Shown piece after piece: positions 44,905 through 55,188 of a stretch of DNA of 64,000 bases (position 1 is the stretch's first letter; the number at the start of each line of letters is the position of its first letter). Made by a program: the position numbers and the translations under genes. Location of the stretch: positions 1,488,001-1,552,000 of the forward strand of contig AP024666.1 in assembly GCA_024346625.1 (NCBI GenBank). Reading direction: 5' to 3'. The notes below the pieces were generated by a model. It was not told the origin of the DNA and ran no database searches. It saw only the letters and a program-made list of their open reading frames with translations. The stretch comes from Williopsis jadinii (lineage: Eukaryota).

Positions 44905-47900
44905 ATGAGCACGGTGCTTGGGAGAGATAGTGGTGAATGTTCGCCGTCGGAGGCTTTCGAGCTTAATGGTGAGCTCTTGAAGAAGTCATTGCTTCAGTTC
45001 TCAAAGAGATACCAGCATCGGTTTAGCAAAGCTGTCAAGGTTGATCTAAGAAGGGTATTGTTCTTTGCAGCTTCCCACCAGGGGAAATACATGAAGCACC
45101 TATTCAAAGATGTTGATGGTTCTGTTCTTCCGACGAATTGGGAGCATGTGCTCCTGCCAGAGAGGTACCAGCATTTGGAAGGACGTGGGTTTTACTTCCA
45201 AAGAGCCCATTATCACGACTCCTCGCATCCAAATAGATCGTGTGGAAGGATGTTCAAGAAAGGTGAACCGATATACCGTTGTATGACGTGTGGTAAGGAT
45301 GAATCTTCCGGATTGTGTCTGGACTGCTTTGTCGAGGAGGATCACCAGGGTCATGCGATAATACCATTAATCTGTCAAAGAGAAAATGGTGGTGTCTGTG
45401 ATTGTGGAGATTCTGATGCCTGGAAGAGAGATTTCCACTGTAAACATGCCGATTGTGAAGAGACACCAATATCACAGATTCCAGAGGATTTCCAAATATC
45501 CCTCCTGCAAACGTTCGAAATCGTACTTGACTTTGTCGTTGACGTTTTGGCCGGTTCAACTCCAATTCTGAATCAATCGAGAAAGACCGACACTAACACA
45601 GTGTTGCTGAACAAGCATTTCTCAGTTTTCCAACAGAATAAGTACCATGGTACGGATTGGCCCTCTGAAACATTCTCCCTTGTGCTCTACAATGAGCAAA
45701 ACAAGCAAATTGTTGACGCTCTGCAAAAGATTGTACTCACAACCGACAAAGCCGAAGATTTTGGACTGATGGTGACAGACAGAGTGAACAAGGTTGGAAG
45801 AGCAACTGTAATGACACATACTGATCTTGAGAAGCTCATTGAGGCCCAAAACGAACTACGTGCTGCTGGCTTACCTTGCTGTATCAGAAACTCAAGAGAC
45901 ACATTTCGAGAGGAAATGTCTTCTGAAATTATCATATGGCTCCTCGAAATGGTCAATGGACCAGTCTTTGGAAACTACAACATTGCCAGGGATCTTCTAT
46001 CAAGAGCATTCTGTCGTAAATGGGATGTTGGTATCAACCTGCAAATGGGTACACCACCTGGGCCTGGCGGATTCCGTGATTTCACAAAGATCCCATTATG
46101 GGGTAATCTGCCATTGAACCCTGATGACGCTTACCAGGATCATTGGAGTAGACCCACAAATCCATGGAATGTTGACGAGTCTGTTGCAAATGAGTGCCAA
46201 TATGATCCAAATTTCCGTATTTGGAATTACACGACGTTTCACGGCTCAAGATTACAGTATCTCCTTTACTTTGACATCAGACTTTGGAAATCCATCAGAA
46301 CAGATATTCACAAGCTTATGAACTCCGTTCTTACGTCGAACAGACATTACAGACCAATTGTATGTTGTCAATACGTTGATATTTACCCAAAGCTCTTGGA
46401 GATGTTTTTCCAAATGGATAGAGAGCCTGAGTACAGCTGCATGACAACGTTGACAACGCAGGTTTTTACTTCATCATCCAATGCTACACAGATAGCACAG
46501 CATGGCGATCTAACGGTACTTCTATCGTGCGCTTATTGTTACCTAACAACTTTACAAATTGTTTGGCCAATGGTTAAAGTGGTCCATGAAGATCTAAAGC
46601 TCGCGGCTTTTAGAAACAGAAGAATAGGCCAAGTCATATTTGATATTTGTTGTGTTCTTACAAAGAGCACATCTTTGGTTGATGTGATAAATTCAGATTT
46701 TGTTATGCAGGTTTGTGATATCCTGGAGTTGTTCCAAGGGAAACCCGTTCTAAAGAGAGCAATACACGCACACGTGGAATATGAAACAAATGATTACGGA
46801 CTATATTTCAATATGTACTCCGTAACTGCATCTCTTGCAGAAGTTGTTGCAAAGGCTATGTTGAAGCTTCCTCATGATGAAGTGATGCATCTGGTATATA
46901 TCATTACTGAAAGAACCATTATGTGCCAACGCTCTATTTCTCGGGTGGAACCAAACCATGAGAAGATCGAAAACTCAGTATTGAAGACAACGGTTATGGA
47001 CACCATTGAAGGTCCATTTTCGGTTTTCGACTCCAAACCTCACTTGTCGAGAGTCAGTCTCGTCCACCCATTACATGCCTTTACGACATGGGCCATTCAA
47101 TTCTCAGGTGTTACGGATATTAGAGACTTTGAACTGATGTTGCAACCTCGTGGTGACGATATTTTGTTCCATCTTCTCGAATATCCATTGAGGACATTGG
47201 TGATTCTCGCGCAAATTCGTGTTGGCCTATGGGTCAGAAACGGATACAGCATTCGCACACAGTTGAACATCTACAAAACTAGTGGATTAAGAGAATCTGC
47301 ATTCAAGAGAGATGTTTACATGATTCAATTTTTGATGTGTATGCTTCCTGCAAGTGAGATCATGGCAACCTTCATCAATAAATGGAGCCTTCAACCTTGG
47401 CTGAATGAGGACTTTACCAATGAAGAAGACTACGAAGACTCTACATTGAGCTTGATGGCTGAGGAATTTTTGCTATTCTGCATTCAATTACTTTGTGATA
47501 CAGGATATCTTTTCGAGGTGGAAGACATGAGTGAGAAGAGAATACGGAGAGAAATAATTCACTACTTGTGTTTCCAACAGCTGTCCTACTCGAAGCTTTG
47601 TGCCTCAATTCCCGAGTACATGTATCACGAGAAACGCTTTGATCTTGTTCTAGAATCTGTTGCGGATTATTCACCTCCAATTGGTGCCAACGGAGTTGGG
47701 CATTACAAATTGAAAGATGAACTATACGATGAAATTGACCCTTATTATGTACACTATAGTGCAAATAAGCGAGATGAAGCAGAAAAGGTCTTGCGTAAGC
47801 GTATGTCGAAAGAAAAAGGAATTCCGTACGATGAAACATTCATTGAGCCAAAACTGCAAAATTTGGAGGGAACCCTTTTTGAGAACTTGTTTACTGTCAC

Positions 47901-50505
47901 ATCATCCAGGATATTTGTACAGTTTTTAAAGAGCACATTGAAGTTCGTCAACAGAGAAGGACTGGAAACTACCGAGTCTATAATGACTCTGGTATTACAC
48001 TTGATTCATGTTGGAGTTAATGGTATTCATAGATCAACATGTTCAACGTTTTGCGAAACGCTTTTTTCCGAACTCACCGTGGAACATAACGAACCGTTTT
48101 ACTACGAAAGTGTTGGTGCTTTACTCTACAAATTTCTACTAGATGAGTCATATTTGTCTCATTATGCAAAGATCCGTGAGATATTCAGAGCACTAGCAGA
48201 TAAAAATATACATGTCAACGACTATCTCGAAGAACAAGTTGAGCATTTTGATCCATCATTATTGACAAAGAATGCAGTTGATGTTTCTAATGGAGAGACA
48301 GAATTTGAACGGAAGAAGAGGCTTGCTAAAGAGAGACGAAACAAATTGATGGCTAATTTCAAGAAGCGTCAGAACAACTTTGTGAGTAAAAACAGCAATG
48401 ATAACAATTTGAGTGATGAAGATATGACTCAATCAGATCATGATGATTGTTGGGAGTACCCCCAAGAGCACTGCATATTATGCCAAATGAGTCTGGGAAA
48501 CGATTCACTCTTTGGAATTGCTTGCAACATATCTCCTTCATCGGTTGAGAGAACCATTCCTTTCAATGACAAGTTCTGGCTTTTGAGATCATTTGACGAT
48601 GTTGGAAGCATGGATGACACCTCCCAGATGGAAAGTGATCCTCGATTGACAACTTATCTAAGTGATCAAAAAAGGACTGCGGTTATTGGGCCACCTTTCC
48701 CAGTGAATGGACAAGAGTCTATTAAGAGTGATCTATTAGCAACAAGTTGCGGCCATGGAATGCATTACAGTTGCTATTTAGAACATCTGGAATCATCAAA
48801 GTCCCGTCACACCCAGATTATTAGAACAATTCCAGAGGATTTTGAGAATTGGGAGTATGTCTGTCCATTGTGCAAGTCTTTGGAAAACGCATTCATACCA
48901 GTCTTATGGACCAAAAATCGGAACAAGTTCAACGACTTTGTCAACTCTAAAGAATCATGGTATGAAGGCTTTGATGATATTAGAAAAACTTCTTGTTGTG
49001 AACCGTCATCTCTTACGGACTTTGCTGCATATATGCTGAATTGTTTAGATGAGTCTTTGAAACAGGAGTACACGGGTCTTTTAAAAGCAGGAAGTGAAGA
49101 TCTACCAAAGAACTTCAAAATTGTGACCAGTGCCATCATTTCCAGAATTGATTCTGTTTCTCCAATCCATTCAATGGACCATTTAACAAGACTCGTACGG
49201 GATACAATCAGGATTTCAGAAATCTCTTGCAGGAGTATGTCTACGCCATCTGGTTTAGTACCCGACCTTGTTTCCAATCAAATCATGACCAATTTGAGAG
49301 TTCTAGTTGAATTCCGTAAAACCATGCTTGGACTGGGTATTATTCAGGAAGAAGTTGAGGGTAAAAGAAAGGGGATGCCAGTAAAGCTTGCAGAGGAAGC
49401 ACTTGGAAAGTTAACTTTCCTTTCCTCAGACAGGGTTTTTGATGCCTTTGATGATATTGATTTTTTTGACTTCATCTTCTCGTGTACACCATATCGTGAT
49501 GTCTCACAATATTCATTATATCGCTTGGGATTCATGTTTGAAATCATGCAAAAGATCTCCACATTATTGTCACAGATTAAAGATTCTAACTTTGATAAGG
49601 ATGGCGATGATATTGGCCTATGTGATATACCATTATTGAAGACCAATGAAGATAGCGAGGCAAACCTAATGACACTTGCAAGAGCATTTAGGGATAACCA
49701 CCCACTCTTTGACAATATATCTGATGAGATATTCGAAACAAGTGAGTTTGCAATTACTCTTTACACTATGCTCAACCGTTGTATCACACCTTATTTAAGA
49801 AGAGTCTCAATATTTGCTGCTGCCACATGTGGAGACTACAACATCTGCTCCTCAAACCTGTGCATTGAAGAAGGCTTGGAATCGGATCGCTTGTGTAAGC
49901 TCTTGAATCTACCAACCTTGAGTGAGATGTTGATGCTATTTAACAATCCACATTCTGTCGAAAGGGAGAAGTTTACATCATATATCAGGTACATTTCAAC
50001 GACGGAAAACGAATTATCAGCTCCCACTATTGACTACCCTGGTGTTATTCGCTTGTTAGATCTTCCTCACAGACTCGATGATATATACACGAAGTTATTC
50101 TACAGTAAGGAAGAATATCTGTCTTTGGGACCTTCTTTTGATCCTGCCATTTGTTTATTTTGTGGTAGCGTTGTCTCCTTACAAAAGAAATCAGCTAAGC
50201 ATTTGGAGGGTGAATGTAACAACCATGTTAAGCGAGAATGCATCAACCACAGTGGTATTTTCTTTTTACCTAAGCACAACTCTTTGCTGTTATTGAATCG
50301 AGATTGTGGTTCTTTTCATCCAGCACCCTATGTTGATTTCCATGGGGAGAATGATGTTGAAGGAAAGGTTCCACATCTCATGACATTGAACAACGAAAAA
50401 TATGACAACATAACTCGGACACTTTGGATGCAGCAAGACTCTCAAAATTACATCACCAGAATGCTCGAAGGTGCACTGGATGTTGGTGGATGGGAGACCT
50501 TATGA
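44905..50505 (+). CDS. UBR2: UBR-box/RING E3 ubiquitin ligase Ubr2-type
   Basis: UBR box, GLWVRNG, RING (CILC...SCGHGMH..C...CPLC), C-terminal GGWETL; lacks the NDExH type-2 motif. The UBR2 label is inferred from these features. Confidence 0.8.
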   Translation: MSTVLGRDSGECSPSEAFELNGELLKKSLLQFSKRYQHRFSKAVKVDLRRVLFFAASHQGKYMKHLFKDVDGSVLPTNWEHVLLPERYQHLEGRGFYFQRAHYHDSSHPNRSCGRMFKKGEPIYRCMTCGKDESSGLCLDCFVEEDHQGHAIIPLICQRENGGVCDCGDSDAWKRDFHCKHADCEETPISQIPEDFQISLLQTFEIVLDFVVDVLAGSTPILNQSRKTDTNTVLLNKHFSVFQQNKYHGTDWPSETFSLVLYNEQNKQIVDALQKIVLTTDKAEDFGLMVTDRVNKVGRATVMTHTDLEKLIEAQNELRAAGLPCCIRNSRDTFREEMSSEIIIWLLEMVNGPVFGNYNIARDLLSRAFCRKWDVGINLQMGTPPGPGGFRDFTKIPLWGNLPLNPDDAYQDHWSRPTNPWNVDESVANECQYDPNFRIWNYTTFHGSRLQYLLYFDIRLWKSIRTDIHKLMNSVLTSNRHYRPIVCCQYVDIYPKLLEMFFQMDREPEYSCMTTLTTQVFTSSSNATQIAQHGDLTVLLSCAYCYLTTLQIVWPMVKVVHEDLKLAAFRNRRIGQVIFDICCVLTKSTSLVDVINSDFVMQVCDILELFQGKPVLKRAIHAHVEYETNDYGLYFNMYSVTASLAEVVAKAMLKLPHDEVMHLVYIITERTIMCQRSISRVEPNHEKIENSVLKTTVMDTIEGPFSVFDSKPHLSRVSLVHPLHAFTTWAIQFSGVTDIRDFELMLQPRGDDILFHLLEYPLRTLVILAQIRVGLWVRNGYSIRTQLNIYKTSGLRESAFKRDVYMIQFLMCMLPASEIMATFINKWSLQPWLNEDFTNEEDYEDSTLSLMAEEFLLFCIQLLCDTGYLFEVEDMSEKRIRREIIHYLCFQQLSYSKLCASIPEYMYHEKRFDLVLESVADYSPPIGANGVGHYKLKDELYDEIDPYYVHYSANKRDEAEKVLRKRMSKEKGIPYDETFIEPKLQNLEGTLFENLFTVTSSRIFVQFLKSTLKFVNREGLETTESIMTLVLHLIHVGVNGIHRSTCSTFCETLFSELTVEHNEPFYYESVGALLYKFLLDESYLSHYAKIREIFRALADKNIHVNDYLEEQVEHFDPSLLTKNAVDVSNGETEFERKKRLAKERRNKLMANFKKRQNNFVSKNSNDNNLSDEDMTQSDHDDCWEYPQEHCILCQMSLGNDSLFGIACNISPSSVERTIPFNDKFWLLRSFDDVGSMDDTSQMESDPRLTTYLSDQKRTAVIGPPFPVNGQESIKSDLLATSCGHGMHYSCYLEHLESSKSRHTQIIRTIPEDFENWEYVCPLCKSLENAFIPVLWTKNRNKFNDFVNSKESWYEGFDDIRKTSCCEPSSLTDFAAYMLNCLDESLKQEYTGLLKAGSEDLPKNFKIVTSAIISRIDSVSPIHSMDHLTRLVRDTIRISEISCRSMSTPSGLVPDLVSNQIMTNLRVLVEFRKTMLGLGIIQEEVEGKRKGMPVKLAEEALGKLTFLSSDRVFDAFDDIDFFDFIFSCTPYRDVSQYSLYRLGFMFEIMQKISTLLSQIKDSNFDKDGDDIGLCDIPLLKTNEDSEANLMTLARAFRDNHPLFDNISDEIFETSEFAITLYTMLNRCITPYLRRVSIFAAATCGDYNICSSNLCIEEGLESDRLCKLLNLPTLSEMLMLFNNPHSVEREKFTSYIRYISTTENELSAPTIDYPGVIRLLDLPHRLDDIYTKLFYSKEEYLSLGPSFDPAICLFCGSVVSLQKKSAKHLEGECNNHVKRECINHSGIFFLPKHNSLLLLNRDCGSFHPAPYVDFHGENDVEGKVPHLMTLNNEKYDNITRTLWMQQDSQNYITRMLEGALDVGGWETL

Positions 50506-50892
50506 CGCATCAACTGTGTCCATAATGTGTAATAGTCAGAGAGAAGTTGATTGCTGTTAGATATCTAGAGATGAGGGCTGGGACATGATGTTTTTAAAGT
50601 GGGAAATGAAGTGCAGACACTGTGAAATTAATCTATACATCAAAGGATATCTATTGTCTTTGATAGAGAAACACAGGAGATGATGGTGGTTCAAAAAGCA
50701 GAGTTACTTGAATCCAATAACCAGGGTGAGCTGGAAAGTTGGAATAACCTAGTTGGAGGAACCGTGCAAATTCATAAAACCTCTGGTCCACGATAGTGGT
50801 ATAGCTGATGAGTAACATTTACTGGTGACTGCTCTCTGCGTGTTAATTATGCCGTGATATTTCGTTTATTGAAGTCTTTTTGATCTAAGAAT

Positions 50893-52092
50893 TTAGTTGT
50901 CCAGTTTAGCCTCTTTGAGCTTCTCTGTCACTTGCTCCTCTGAATTTTGTTCTGTACTCTTCGTAGCACCTGGGTAACGAGAACCCTTATCTTTCTTAAC
51001 CTTCTTCTTCTTTTCAACGGCTGCTGGAGCTGGGTAACCCTTTTCGTTTGCCTCTTGGAATTCTGGGTCGTTCTTGAAGTCTTCAATGATTGGAGCCAGA
51101 AGGATGTTAACCTGGTCAGCAACACCACTCTTCAAGTCAGGTGGTGCCAGCTTCAACTCCTTGAAGTCATTCACCAACTCATCGTAAGAAGTGTAGTTCA
51201 ATGGACCACCAAACTTCTCTGGACGGTCAATTGGGAACTCGAAATGACCTTCACCAAACTTGAGCTCTTGAATTGGGGCGATGACATACTTGATGAAAGA
51301 GAGCAAACCGTTGTCTTCAACGACACCTGGAGCACAGAAGGCGGTGTTGATTTTCTTCTTCACTTGCTTAGGCTCTTCCAAAAGATCAATTTTGGAGTTT
51401 GGATCAGAAGCTGACATCTTACCACCTTGTGTCAAGCCTGGAACCATTGGGTTCATCAAATGGGCTCTCTTCTTGTAGCCCAAAGAGCCCAAGTTCTCCT
51501 CTGCAAGAACAAAGATCTTACGCTGGTCGACACCACCGAATTGGACATCCACACCCAAGTGCTCTTCATCCAAAGCTTGCATGAGAGGATAGATCAATCC
51601 CGACAAGAGTGGGTTTGCAACTTGCTTAACGACATCAGCACCCGCACGTTTAGCGTCATTTTGGGACACAATGTTGGAGAGACGGAACAAATCGAGGGTG
51701 TACTTCTCTGAGAGCTGGTAGGAGGAACCAACAACGAATGTCAACTTATCAACTGGCACGTTGATGGATTTCAACAGGGACTTGACAACCTTTTCGTAGT
51801 ACTTGGCTCTAAAGTTGACAACCTCCAATGGTGCCTTCATGTTGTCCAAGAAGGCGTGCAAGTCAGCGAGCAGCACAACAACTTCGACGCCGGCTTTCAA
51901 AAAGTCTGCCAGCTTTGTCATAGGAACAAAGTAACCACAGTGAGGTCTACCAGTTGGTGCAGTACCCCAGTACAACTTCAATGGACGTTCATTCTTCTCC
52001 AAGTGTTCCTTGATGATTTCACCGTGCAGAACCTCTTGAAGGTTCTTCGTAATGAGAGCATATTGCTCTTCTGGTGTAAGCTTCTGGGCCAT
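50893..52092 (-). CDS. TYS1: Cytoplasmic tyrosyl-tRNA synthetase
   Basis: [41 protein letters not shown] 52092. Confidence 0.97.
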   Translation of the reverse strand: MAQKLTPEEQYALITKNLQEVLHGEIIKEHLEKNERPLKLYWGTAPTGRPHCGYFVPMTKLADFLKAGVEVVVLLADLHAFLDNMKAPLEVVNFRAKYYEKVVKSLLKSINVPVDKLTFVVGSSYQLSEKYTLDLFRLSNIVSQNDAKRAGADVVKQVANPLLSGLIYPLMQALDEEHLGVDVQFGGVDQRKIFVLAEENLGSLGYKKRAHLMNPMVPGLTQGGKMSASDPNSKIDLLEEPKQVKKKINTAFCAPGVVEDNGLLSFIKYVIAPIQELKFGEGHFEFPIDRPEKFGGPLNYTSYDELVNDFKELKLAPPDLKSGVADQVNILLAPIIEDFKNDPEFQEANEKGYPAPAAVEKKKKVKKDKGSRYPGATKSTEQNSEEQVTEKLKEAKLDN

Positions 52093-52439
52093 ACTTCTCA
52101 AGCTACTTGGATACTACTTTGCAAGGAAAGAAGGAGGAAGAAGGAAGAATCAACAACAAGTGAAAAGTTGTTGTTTGATGGAAGGGAAATTTCAACGGGA
52201 AGAGCATCCATCGCCCGTTGCGTCTTACATGTGTGCTGAAATTTACGCTGTAAAAATACGACGATGGGGCCCGTTGGCTCGGCCTACAGGCTCGGCCAGT
52301 GGTTAATGTTCTCATTGTACCCTGCGTAAATCTCAGAACGGCCTTGTAAAACGATGCGTGCACCCTTTCCAGATGCTTAGGAACACCTTGAACTGAGCTG
52401 TTGGTGTGCCTAATTCAGCTCATCACCACTCAATTGATC

Positions 52440-53061
52440 ATGGAGATTGAGTCTGAAGAAGGCGTAGATTGCCCTTTGCAAGATGGCTTCTACTTGGAGT
52501 ACTATAGTGGTCATCAGGGTAAGTTTGGGCACGAGTTTCTGGAGCTTTCAGTGGAGATGAAGCCCGGCATGAAGTGCGGTGTAGTACGATACAAGAACAA
52601 TTCACATTATAGGTCTGATGATACAATCACCAAAAGACTGGATATCAGCCTCTCGGTGGTCAGAGTGCTGGTTAGTATGGTCAAAGAGAGTGAAATTCTG
52701 CTAGAGAATGATGCGAAATGGCCCCAGAAGAACAGAGATGGCAAGCAATCGCTTAAGATTCGAATGGGGAGGGAGAATAAGCTGCTAGAGGTGAGTATGC
52801 TGCATCAATAAACGAATCTAAACGTACTAACATGGTGGAACAAGACGTGCAAGTTCGGCTCCCTTCAGGATGTTAAGAAAAGCGACGATCCAGATGGGCT
52901 GAGAGTCTTCTACTTCCTTGTACAGGATGTCAAGGCCCTGCTGTTTTCACTGATTTCACTACACTTTAAAGTGAGTCCCTGTTGCCATTATTGCTGTGAT
53001 GGTTTCACGAGAAGAGAGAATATATGTACTAACAGTGGAATAGGTCAAACCTACAAGCTAG
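52440..53061 (+). CDS. MAGO: Mago nashi, exon junction complex core subunit; 3 exons: 52440-52790, 52845-52970, 53044-53061 (164 aa)
   Basis: [19 protein letters not shown]...RYKNNSHYR...[13 protein letters not shown]...DGKQSL | [40 protein letters not shown] | VKPTS*. Introns 52791-52844 (GTGAGT/TACTAAC/AAG) and 52971-53043 (GTGAGT/TACTAAC/TAG). Confidence 0.95.
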
Positions 53062-53246
53062 TGGTGTCTGCGTGTTTAACAACGGGTGTAATGACGGTAT
53101 ATATGTATAGAAGGTGTCTTCTGTATCGCTTATGTAATTATCGCGACTTATATTACGTAATATTCTGCTTATCTAATCAACACTCCGATTATTATGTCAT
53201 CGATGATTAATCGATCAACACAGAAAAAATGCTTTGGGCGGCTAAG

Positions 53247-53270
53247 AACAACAACAACAACAACAACAAC
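53247..53270 (+). repeat. (AAC)8 microsatellite upstream of TFG1
   Basis: Directly visible tandem repeat. Confidence 0.9.
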
Positions 53271-53337
53271 AGAAACAACCAGTCAAACCATCTCCAGCGA
53301 ACTTCTTTATCGATAGAAACCGGTACTGCAAGAGAAG

Positions 53338-55137
53338 ATGTCCATCAACTCCCTTCGTATGCCCTCCCGCCCTGTTGGGAGACGGCCTATCAAGAGTGAG
53401 CGCCCTAAGAAGATCCCAGTGGCACCAAAGCAGGAGGCTGAAGACCCAGCGGACTACAAGGAGTACTCCCTAGTTGCTTGTAAGGACGAGGATATTGAGA
53501 ATATGAGAACGAATGTGTTGAAGTTCCAGTCTAAGCATAAGATCAATCCATCAGAGTCATTCACTAAGCCTGTTAGATTGCACCGTAAGGAGACTAGGAA
53601 CCTACAGTATCAGCTTACGAGGGCTGAGATTGAGCAACGTCAAAGGGAGAACGCTGAAGCCCGTCGTATTGCGGAGGAGGAGAGGCTAGCGAGGGAAAAG
53701 GCCAAAGCTGAGGAGCCAGGTCGTGTGGTTTTCGATATAAAGAATGATCCCAACGTGGCGCCTGAGCCTGAACCTGAACCAAAGACTGAGGAGGAGAAGA
53801 GGATTGAAAAGATGGCTAAACAGCAGGCCAACATTGCTCCTGACGGTGGCGCTAGGAAGAAACTGTTCAAGGACAATAGAAAGACCAGACAAGTTAGAGT
53901 TATGAAGGAGGAGGATAGAAAGTTGAGATATGAGGAGTTTTATCCGTGGGTTATGGAAGATTGGGATGGTCAAAACACATGGGTTGGCCAATACGAAGCT
54001 GCCAATGCAGACACGTATTGCTTACTGGTGTTGAAAGATGACAAGTTCACAATGATTCCAGTGGACAAAGTGTACAAGTTCACACCAAGAAACAAGTATG
54101 CAACGCTTACTCTGGAAGAAGCGGAGGCGAGAATGGAGAAGCACAATACAGTGCCAAGGTGGTTGATGAAACATTTAGATGAAAAGGAGCAAAAGTTGAC
54201 GAGATATGAACGTACTAAAAAGAAACTGAAAACGGTTGAGGGAACCTCTGAAAATGATAACGGTAAACGTGATTCTGACAATGATGACCTGGACTTTGAT
54301 GAAGAATTCGCTGATGATGAGGAGGCTCCAATCATCGATGGTAATGAAGAAGAGAACAAAGAGAGTGAACGGAAGATGAAAAGAGAGATGCTTGGTGCCA
54401 ATGCCATGGGATTACATGACCAAGACGGTGAAGAAGAAGACGATGTCGATGATCTCTTTGAAGCGAGAAAAGTTGATAAAGATGGTGAAAGAGTTCGTAA
54501 GACTTTGATGAAAACTGAAGGTACGGGTATCTATGATTCAGAAGATGAAGTCAATCCATACTTGAATGAATCAGATTTGGAAATTGACAACTCCGAGGAA
54601 GAGATCATCGCTGCTGACTTGGGCAAATCAGTCTCACCAGCAGGTTCATCTGTACAGACAAGACAATCCAGTCCAGCTCCAGGTACAAGGATTAAAGTCA
54701 AATCTATTAATTCTCCAATTGGGTTTGTTGTTCTTAAAGGTTTACCTTCCGTGCTGATGCAGTTCCCAAGAGGTGAATGGAATCCAAATGCGAAGAGAAG
54801 AGTGCCTGAATACACGGGAAGTGATGACGAATCTAGATATACCAAACGGATCAAATTGGAGGACGATGAACACAGTATTCCAACCACTGTCAAATCGGAA
54901 GAGCCTATTCAAATACCAACTGTGCAGGCCTCTAATGGAGATTTGCTTACAGCTGAAGATGTTCTGTCGGTTGTACGCAACGCTGAGAACATCACTGTTA
55001 AAGATTTGATCATCAAGCTGAAATCCAAGCTGAAGAACCCAGAGAATAGAAGTAGAATCAAACTCTTGGTTAATCAACTACTCAAGACAGAGAATGGCTT
55101 CCTCGTACCAAAGGAGACTACGAAAGTTGAGACATAA
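53338..55137 (+). CDS. TFG1: TFIIF large subunit
   Basis: PVRLHRK, LRYEEFYPWVMEDWDG, YKFTPRNKYATLTLEEAE, DLDFDEEFADDEE; synteny with TYS1/HGH1. Confidence 0.95.
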   Translation: MSINSLRMPSRPVGRRPIKSERPKKIPVAPKQEAEDPADYKEYSLVACKDEDIENMRTNVLKFQSKHKINPSESFTKPVRLHRKETRNLQYQLTRAEIEQRQRENAEARRIAEEERLAREKAKAEEPGRVVFDIKNDPNVAPEPEPEPKTEEEKRIEKMAKQQANIAPDGGARKKLFKDNRKTRQVRVMKEEDRKLRYEEFYPWVMEDWDGQNTWVGQYEAANADTYCLLVLKDDKFTMIPVDKVYKFTPRNKYATLTLEEAEARMEKHNTVPRWLMKHLDEKEQKLTRYERTKKKLKTVEGTSENDNGKRDSDNDDLDFDEEFADDEEAPIIDGNEEENKESERKMKREMLGANAMGLHDQDGEEEDDVDDLFEARKVDKDGERVRKTLMKTEGTGIYDSEDEVNPYLNESDLEIDNSEEEIIAADLGKSVSPAGSSVQTRQSSPAPGTRIKVKSINSPIGFVVLKGLPSVLMQFPRGEWNPNAKRRVPEYTGSDDESRYTKRIKLEDDEHSIPTTVKSEEPIQIPTVQASNGDLLTAEDVLSVVRNAENITVKDLIIKLKSKLKNPENRSRIKLLVNQLLKTENGFLVPKETTKVET

Positions 55138-55188
55138 CCTGACAGAAAGTGCATATATATAGAAGCAACAGTACATAAAGTATCTAAT

